Shown: piece after piece, positions 49,703 through 55,624 of the stretch
Position numbering within the stretch: position 1 is the first letter of the stretch
Layout: each line of letters starts with the position of its first letter
Notes under the pieces: generated by a model
Told to the model about the DNA's origin: nothing
The model's input: only the letters and a program-made list of their open reading frames with translations
Database searches by the model: none
Made by a program: the position numbers and the translations under genes
Source: an uncultured Dialister sp.
GTDB taxonomy: Bacteria; Bacillota; Negativicutes; Veillonellales; Dialisteraceae
Assembly: GCA_900545785.1 (NCBI GenBank)
Contig: URAA01000001.1
Coordinates: 1-55,624, forward strand
Direction: 5' to 3'
Length of the DNA: 55,624 nucleotides

Positions 49703-50535
49703 TTTGTTTCCTCCTCTGCGGGTTTTTCTTCCAAAGCATCATGAATTTCCCGTTTCGGCGGATATTCTCCGTATTTGATGCGGTAACATTTCTTATAGAG
49801 CCATTCCGACATGGGAAGAGCGAGCCAGATACTCATATAGAGTCCGTCAAGGCCGGAAAGCATATTGCTCGCAGCACCGAAAGCGGCAAGCTGGTCTGCC
49901 ATCTGAGGATACATAGCGGAAAGAGATCCGACGGCAGCGGTCATCATACTTGCCGAACCGACCCCTGCTGCCATGGCGAGTGCCAAAGGATGGAAAGGAA
50001 GGTAAGAAGCGGCAACGCTTGCCATGAGGCCGAAGAAAATCGTTCCGATAACGGTACCGCAGATGTAGACGCCCATGACACCCCGTCCTTCCGGTTCGTC
50101 AAGGCCGTACCGTTCCCCGATGAGAGCGACGTTCGGTTCTCTCGCAATGGAGTGAGCCGCCCCGATGGCTTCTCTTTTAAGTCCGATGAATACCGCAAGC
50201 GGTATCCCGAGAAGAACCGTGCCCAAGTTGCCGAATTCCTGCAAAATCAGAGCAGGCGATGCTGCGAGAATTTTCGGAAGCGTCGGTCCTACAAGAGTGC
50301 CGTACCGTGCCATGAGAAGCATCAGCGTGACTCCCAGAAGTCCGCTCGCTACGTGAATTTCCTTTTCACTTGAAATTTTGGTAAACCGCGGGGCGGTAAA
50401 TACCCCCATAATCAGTGCATACATCATGGGCAGAAGTACGATTTTGCCGATTCCGACATTGAATACGATATTTCCTATCAATTCGGAAACGATGACCAGC
50501 ACCAGCACGATCACGTGCAATTTAATGTTTTTCAT
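49699..50535 (-). CDS. DUF3100-family membrane protein
   Basis: LQEFGNLGT, REAIGAAHSIAREPN, EGRGVMGVYICGT and LAMAAGVGSASMM. Confidence 0.8.
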   Translation of the reverse strand: MKNIKLHVIVLVLVIVSELIGNIVFNVGIGKIVLLPMMYALIMGVFTAPRFTKISSEKEIHVASGLLGVTLMLLMARYGTLVGPTLPKILAASPALILQEFGNLGTVLLGIPLAVFIGLKREAIGAAHSIAREPNVALIGERYGLDEPEGRGVMGVYICGTVIGTIFFGLMASVAASYLPFHPLALAMAAGVGSASMMTAAVGSLSAMYPQMADQLAAFGAASNMLSGLDGLYMSIWLALPMSEWLYKKCYRIKYGEYPPKREIHDALEEKPAEEETK

Positions 50536-50563
50536 CCTTTTTCCCCTTTCCTGTTCCTTTTAC

Positions 50564-51874
50564 TCAGCTCTTGAAATAAGATTCCATCTTTGCCAGATAT
50601 TCTTCCTTCGTCAAAACCGGTTTTTCTTTTTTGAGTATATCCTTTGCAAGTGAAGCATCATCGTAGAGCAGATCGATGATATTCATGGCAAATGCTTTGC
50701 CCGGGAGAAGCGCTGCCGCTTCGAAATCGGTGACGCAGAATTCTTTCGTGTGAAGTCCTCCGTCGGCGCCGCCGATGAAAGGATGAATGCACGGCATGAG
50801 ATGAGAAATATCTCCCATGTCCGTAGAAGCGGAGAAATGTCCTGCTTCTTCAATCGCCGTTTCCGGTGATTCTTCTTTTATATTATTGACAAATAATTCG
50901 TTCAAGCTGCTGCTGCAGACGAGAGGGAACATGCCCGGAAGTGTTTCGATTTCCACCTTTGCCCCGACGGCGCTTCCTCCTGCGGTAAGAGCCGCATCGA
51001 CCCTTTTATGCTCCCTGTCGATGGCGTCCATCGTTTTTGCCCGTACATAGAGTTCCATCCGTACATCGGAAGGAACGCTGTTTACCAGATCGCCCCCTTT
51101 GGTGATGATCGGGTGAACCCGTACGATGTCGTCTTCTTTGAAAGTTTCCCGAAGTGCATTGATTCCCATGATACCCAGGCATGCCGCATTGAGTGCATTG
51201 ATCCCTTCATGAGGCGCGTTGGCGGCATGAGCGGTTTTTCCTACATAGCGGACTGTCTTTCCTACAAATCCGTTGCTTGATTTTCCGATAAATATAGCTT
51301 TCTGCGGTGCATTTCCTTGGGAGTGCATCATCATGGACATATCGATATCATCAAAATGGCCTTCATAGACGAGTTCGCTCTTTCCGCCGATGAAATGGAG
51401 TTTCCCTTCATTTCTGAGCCGTTTCCGGTAGTCGATTTCCACATATTCTTCCGCCGGTACGGCAAAAAATACGGCATTTCCCGCAAGTTCTTTCATGACC
51501 CCCGATTTCACGATCCCCGTGCAGGCTGCCAGCATGGATGCCATCTGTAAAAAATGGCCGCATGTATGGGCAGCTCCCGTAAGAGGATCCGCTTTCGGAC
51601 TGTCCGGCGTTCCCACCGCGTCCAGTTCTGCCAGAACGGCGACGGAAGGTCCTTCTTTCCCTCCCTTTACATAAGACTTCACTCCCGTGAGGGCAAGCCC
51701 CGTCTTGGGAGAAAGTCCCAGATCCCGCATATAAGCTTCCACCTTTGCGGCTGTTTTTGTCTCTTTGAAACCGAGTTCTGGTTCGCTTTCAATATTCAGT
51801 GCTAATTCACGAATCTTTTCTCCTGCTTCATCAATGGCCTGACAAACGGCTTTTTTCATTTCTTCCTTTGTCAT
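50564..51874 (-). CDS. M20-family amidohydrolase (AbgB/ACY1L2-like)
   Basis: PELGFKE, AELDA, HTCGH, PAEE, GKTAHA, GINALNA and STDMGD. Confidence 0.9.
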   Translation of the reverse strand: MTKEEMKKAVCQAIDEAGEKIRELALNIESEPELGFKETKTAAKVEAYMRDLGLSPKTGLALTGVKSYVKGGKEGPSVAVLAELDAVGTPDSPKADPLTGAAHTCGHFLQMASMLAACTGIVKSGVMKELAGNAVFFAVPAEEYVEIDYRKRLRNEGKLHFIGGKSELVYEGHFDDIDMSMMMHSQGNAPQKAIFIGKSSNGFVGKTVRYVGKTAHAANAPHEGINALNAACLGIMGINALRETFKEDDIVRVHPIITKGGDLVNSVPSDVRMELYVRAKTMDAIDREHKRVDAALTAGGSAVGAKVEIETLPGMFPLVCSSSLNELFVNNIKEESPETAIEEAGHFSASTDMGDISHLMPCIHPFIGGADGGLHTKEFCVTDFEAAALLPGKAFAMNIIDLLYDDASLAKDILKKEKPVLTKEEYLAKMESYFKS

Positions 51875-52048
51875 AACTGCCTCCTTTTATAACTTTAACT
51901 AATTCTATCATATCTTATTTAGCTAATACAACACTTTTTACAGATTTTTAAGATAAAATATACGCTAATTATCAATTAAATAACATTAATAAAAGGCCCG
52001 TCATGAAATAACGAGCCTATAAAAGATATTTTTTATAAAATAGTATAT

Positions 52049-55000
52049 TTATGAAATTGAATTTACTCTCTGACGATCTTTCCTGCGCTCCGCAAGGAGA
52101 TAGATCAGAGGAACCACCACAAGGGTGAGCAACGTCGACGTGGTGAGGCCGCCGATGAGAACGACCCCCATGGACTGACGGAGTTCCGCTCCCTCGCCGA
52201 GACCCAGTGCGATGGGAATCATGCCGATGATGGTGGACAGGGTGGTCATGAATATAGGACGGAGACGGAGAGAGCAGGCTTCCAGAATGGCTTCTTCCGG
52301 CGAAAGCCCTCTTTCTCTTGCCCGATTGGCACAGTCTATGAGAAGAATGGCGTTCTTCGTCACAAGGCCGAGGAGCATGGTAAATCCGATGAGGGACATC
52401 ATATTGATCGTCTGGTTGGCAACAAGCAATCCCAAAACAGCTCCGATGAGGGCAAAAGGAAGGCTCATCATGATGATAAAGGGCTGAGTGAAACTTTCAA
52501 ATTCCGCCGCAAGGACCATGTAAATCAAAATGATCGCCAATATGACCGCTTTTTCTATTTCTCCGAAGACGCGGTTCATCATATCCGCATCACCGATGAG
52601 TTTATAACGGTATCCCATATCCATATTGAGATCGGGGATCAGTTTGCTTTCTATTTCATCAAGGAGCGCCCCCGGAGAAATACCGTTCGTGTTGGCATAG
52701 ATGGCAATCTGCCGCTGCCGTCCTTCCCTGTCGATCCTTGTCGGCCCCGAAGACAACTGCACCTCTGCTACATCGCCCAGTCGGACAAATTCACCGTTCG
52801 TCCCTGAAAGAGGAAGATTTTCTATATCCTGCAAAGTACGGCGATCTGCTTTGTCTACTTGCAAAATGATATCGTAATCATTATTTCCTATCGTATAAGA
52901 ATGGCCCGTGCTTTTCCCTTGGAAAGCATACTGAACCATTCTCCCCACGCTCCCGTTGTCAAGGCCGAAGCGGCTTGCTTTGAGAGGATCGGTGCGGATC
53001 ATGATTTCCGGCTCCGGATCGGCACCGATGACTTCTACATCGGACGCGCCGGGAACTTCCCTGATTTTTTCCGCCAGTTCATTCGCATAATCGGTCAGTT
53101 TTTTGATGTCATTTCCCCGAAGACCGATCTGGACGGGTCTTGAATCGCGGCGTCCCCCTTGGTTGGTCATGACATTGATCTGCATATTTCCTTCACCGGC
53201 AAAACGGCGGCGGAGCTCGCTCATCACATCAAGCATCCCCCTGCTGCGCTCCCCGGACGGAACCATTTTTACATTGATTCCCCCTTCATTGACCGGCGTT
53301 CTCGGACCGCCGAGGAACATGGCTTCCACTTGAATTTCCGGATATTCCATGAGGATATCTTCCAAGGGAGCAGACCATTTTTTCATCTGCTCCAGACTTG
53401 TGCCGGACGGCCCTTTCATGGTGACTCGGAATTCTCCCGAATCATAGACGGGCTGCAGTTCCGTTCCCAAAAAAGGCATGAGGAATATATTGAAAACAAG
53501 AGTGGCAAAGGAAATCAATATCAGCTTCCACGGATGACCGATGGCGACCTTCATAAATTCCCCGTAAAAGGAACGAACCGATTCAAAACCTTGATTGAAA
53601 TTGTCCAAAATCTTGCTTACCCACTGCGGACGGGAAGCGCCTTCTTCCCCTTTTTTCGTTTCTTTCAGCCAGTGGGCTGCCATCATCGGTGTCAGCGTGT
53701 AAGCGGCAACGGTGGAGAAAATGAGGGCAAAAGCGACGGTCAGACCGAACTGTTTAAAGTACTGGCCGATCGTTTCCCCCATGCTTCCGATAGGGACGAA
53801 CACTGCCAAAAGTGACATGGACGTGGCAAGAATGGCAAGAGCAAGCTCTTTTGTCGCATCTGCGGCAGAACGGAAAGGATCTTTTCCCATTTCCCTGTGG
53901 CGGAATACATTTTCCACAAGAACGATGGCATCGTCGATAAGAAATCCCACCGCAAGAGAAAGGCCCATCAGGGACATATTGTTGATGGTGAAATCCATGG
54001 TCTTCATGAGGAAAAAAGAAGCAATCACGGAGGTGGGAATAGAAAGGCCGCCGATCAGGGTGGCTCTCAAATCACCGAGGAACAGATAGGTGATCAAAAG
54101 GGCAAGAAATCCGCCGAAAAAGATGGTAAACCACACATCATTGATATTTTCACGAATGAACCTTGACTGGTCATCCACTTTTTCCATATGAATATCCGGC
54201 GGCAGATCCCGCTCTGCGATGACTTCCAGTTCTTGATTGACCCTGTCGATGACTTCCACCGTATTCGTCCTTGACTGTTTGCGGACAGCCATCATCACCG
54301 ACGGGACTCCGTTCGTGCGGGAATAGGTTTCCTCCTCTTCCCAGCCGTCTTCTACGGACGCCAGATCGGTCAGAAAAACGGGGCGCCCTCCATAATTGGC
54401 GACCACCACATTTTTAAAATCGTCGACAGAATTAAATTTTCCCATGGTACGGATGGTGATGGTATTGTTCTCATCCTTGATTTTTCCGCCGGGGGTATTG
54501 ATATTGGCACTGTTCACCCTGTCCAATACGGTCTGAAAGGAAATCCCGTATCTCTGCAGTTTTTCCATATCCACCCGTATTTTGATCGCTCTGTCGCCTG
54601 CGCCGAATACGCTCACTTCCGACACGCCTTCGATCATCTGCAGATCATCCACGGCAAGTTCTTTTAAAATACGCCGTATTTCTCCGGTCGATCTTTCTTT
54701 CGACGAAAAAGTATAAGTCGCTATGGGCGACGATGACGGATCCGCCCTCTGTACGACAGGCTCGTCGATATCGTCGGGAAGCCTTCTTCGGATGCTTGCC
54801 ACTTTTTCACGGACTTCCGATGCCATCTGCCGCGGATCCGTTCCTATTTCAAATTCAAGGACAGTCTGAGAATACCCTTCCTGAATCCTTGACGTGATCG
54901 ACTTGATCCCCGACACTTGGCTGATCCTGTTTTCTATAGGCTTGGTGACGAGAGTTTCCATTTCTTCCGGCGCCGTTCCTTCATAGCGGACGGTGACAGA

Positions 55001-55129
55001 CACCATGGGAAGCTCCACATCGGGATATAAATCCACCCCGAGACGGGGATAGGACCAAAGGCCGAATACGACCAGTACGAAAATGAACATCGTCGTAAAA
55101 ACGGGCCGCTTAATAAATATTTCTATCAT
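52049..55129 (-). CDS. RND efflux transporter permease (AcrB/SwrC family)
   Basis: FIKRPV, GFLIDDAIVLVEN, GLVTKNAILL and RLRPIFMT. Confidence 0.95.
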   Translation of the reverse strand: MIEIFIKRPVFTTMFIFVLVVFGLWSYPRLGVDLYPDVELPMVSVTVRYEGTAPEEMETLVTKPIENRISQVSGIKSITSRIQEGYSQTVLEFEIGTDPRQMASEVREKVASIRRRLPDDIDEPVVQRADPSSSPIATYTFSSKERSTGEIRRILKELAVDDLQMIEGVSEVSVFGAGDRAIKIRVDMEKLQRYGISFQTVLDRVNSANINTPGGKIKDENNTITIRTMGKFNSVDDFKNVVVANYGGRPVFLTDLASVEDGWEEEETYSRTNGVPSVMMAVRKQSRTNTVEVIDRVNQELEVIAERDLPPDIHMEKVDDQSRFIRENINDVWFTIFFGGFLALLITYLFLGDLRATLIGGLSIPTSVIASFFLMKTMDFTINNMSLMGLSLAVGFLIDDAIVLVENVFRHREMGKDPFRSAADATKELALAILATSMSLLAVFVPIGSMGETIGQYFKQFGLTVAFALIFSTVAAYTLTPMMAAHWLKETKKGEEGASRPQWVSKILDNFNQGFESVRSFYGEFMKVAIGHPWKLILISFATLVFNIFLMPFLGTELQPVYDSGEFRVTMKGPSGTSLEQMKKWSAPLEDILMEYPEIQVEAMFLGGPRTPVNEGGINVKMVPSGERSRGMLDVMSELRRRFAGEGNMQINVMTNQGGRRDSRPVQIGLRGNDIKKLTDYANELAEKIREVPGASDVEVIGADPEPEIMIRTDPLKASRFGLDNGSVGRMVQYAFQGKSTGHSYTIGNNDYDIILQVDKADRRTLQDIENLPLSGTNGEFVRLGDVAEVQLSSGPTRIDREGRQRQIAIYANTNGISPGALLDEIESKLIPDLNMDMGYRYKLIGDADMMNRVFGEIEKAVILAIILIYMVLAAEFESFTQPFIIMMSLPFALIGAVLGLLVANQTINMMSLIGFTMLLGLVTKNAILLIDCANRARERGLSPEEAILEACSLRLRPIFMTTLSTIIGMIPIALGLGEGAELRQSMGVVLIGGLTTSTLLTLVVVPLIYLLAERRKDRQRVNSIS

Positions 55130-55178
55130 AAGAATTTCCTTGCAGATAAAAAAGGGAAAACAAAACCGCCGTCACGAC

Positions 55179-55624
55179 TTACTCCCCTGCTTTTACCTTT
55201 CCGCCTTCCCGGACCTTGTTCTGTCCCCCTGTAATAATGGTATCCTCTTCGGTGATGCCCGAAAGAACTTCCACCAGATTTTCTCCGATATATCCCGTTT
55301 CCAATACCCGCCGGACCGCCACGCCGTTTTCAACGACATAAACCGTCCTCTGATCATCCCTCATGACGATGGCGCTCAAAGGAACGGTGAGGACATTTTC
55401 CTTCGGCTCCGCCGTAATCACCGCTTCCGCATAGACTCCGCCCCGAAGACGGCGGCCTTCATTATCCACGGACACCTCCGCCTCAAAAGTACGGGACGGA
55501 AGAGATGCGACGGGGCTGATCCGCGTGATCCTTCCCGTCACCTCTTTGTCCGCCCCTTTCATGGAAGGGATCGTAAATGTCACAACACTTCCCGGATAAA
55601 TGCTCTGTACATAACTTTCGGGAA
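55179..55624 (-). CDS. RND efflux periplasmic adaptor (MFP), 5'-truncated by the window edge
   Basis: GRITRISP...SRTF, VPLSAI, VYVV and VEVLSG; directly upstream of the RND permease. Confidence 0.88.
   Translation of the reverse strand, partial: PESYVQSIYPGSVVTFTIPSMKGADKEVTGRITRISPVASLPSRTFEAEVSVDNEGRRLRGGVYAEAVITAEPKENVLTVPLSAIVMRDDQRTVYVVENGVAVRRVLETGYIGENLVEVLSGITEEDTIITGGQNKVREGGKVKAGE

Overview
55.6-kb chromosomal segment from an anaerobic Firmicute. Gene content and style suggest Negativicutes (Dialister-like), which is inference. The first 17 nt are Illumina adapter. Most of the window is housekeeping and transport: bioF-bioW, a Fur-family regulator, ispE, radical SAM, YitT, feoA-feoA-feoB, folA-thyA, M48 peptidase, LysR with SLC13 permease, bioY, msrA, tRNA-Arg(CCT), pilB-pilT-pilC, flavodoxin, rsmG-mnmG, Mn/Zn and Fe3+-type ABC transporters, corA, brnQ, EamA, proA, a DUF3100/M20 amidohydrolase cluster and an RND pump. 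Two defence loci stand out. (1) An AT-rich, integrase-less island (~16.2-23.46 kb) beside the tRNA carries an intact four-gene restriction-modification system: two amino-MTases (one fused to an excisionase-type HTH), a 563-aa endonuclease, and a 212-aa partner that is a visible paralogue of its catalytic domain. This suggests a heterodimeric Type IIS/IIT enzyme and a possible natural nickase. Decayed mobile-element genes flank it. (2) A host-like McrB (NxD-type) / DUF2357-McrC pair has an unrecognised N-terminal domain and is preceded by a leader of seven tandem hairpins. There is also a candidate ~200-nt stand-alone structured ncRNA upstream of thyA and a small IS3-end-like palindrome after proA.
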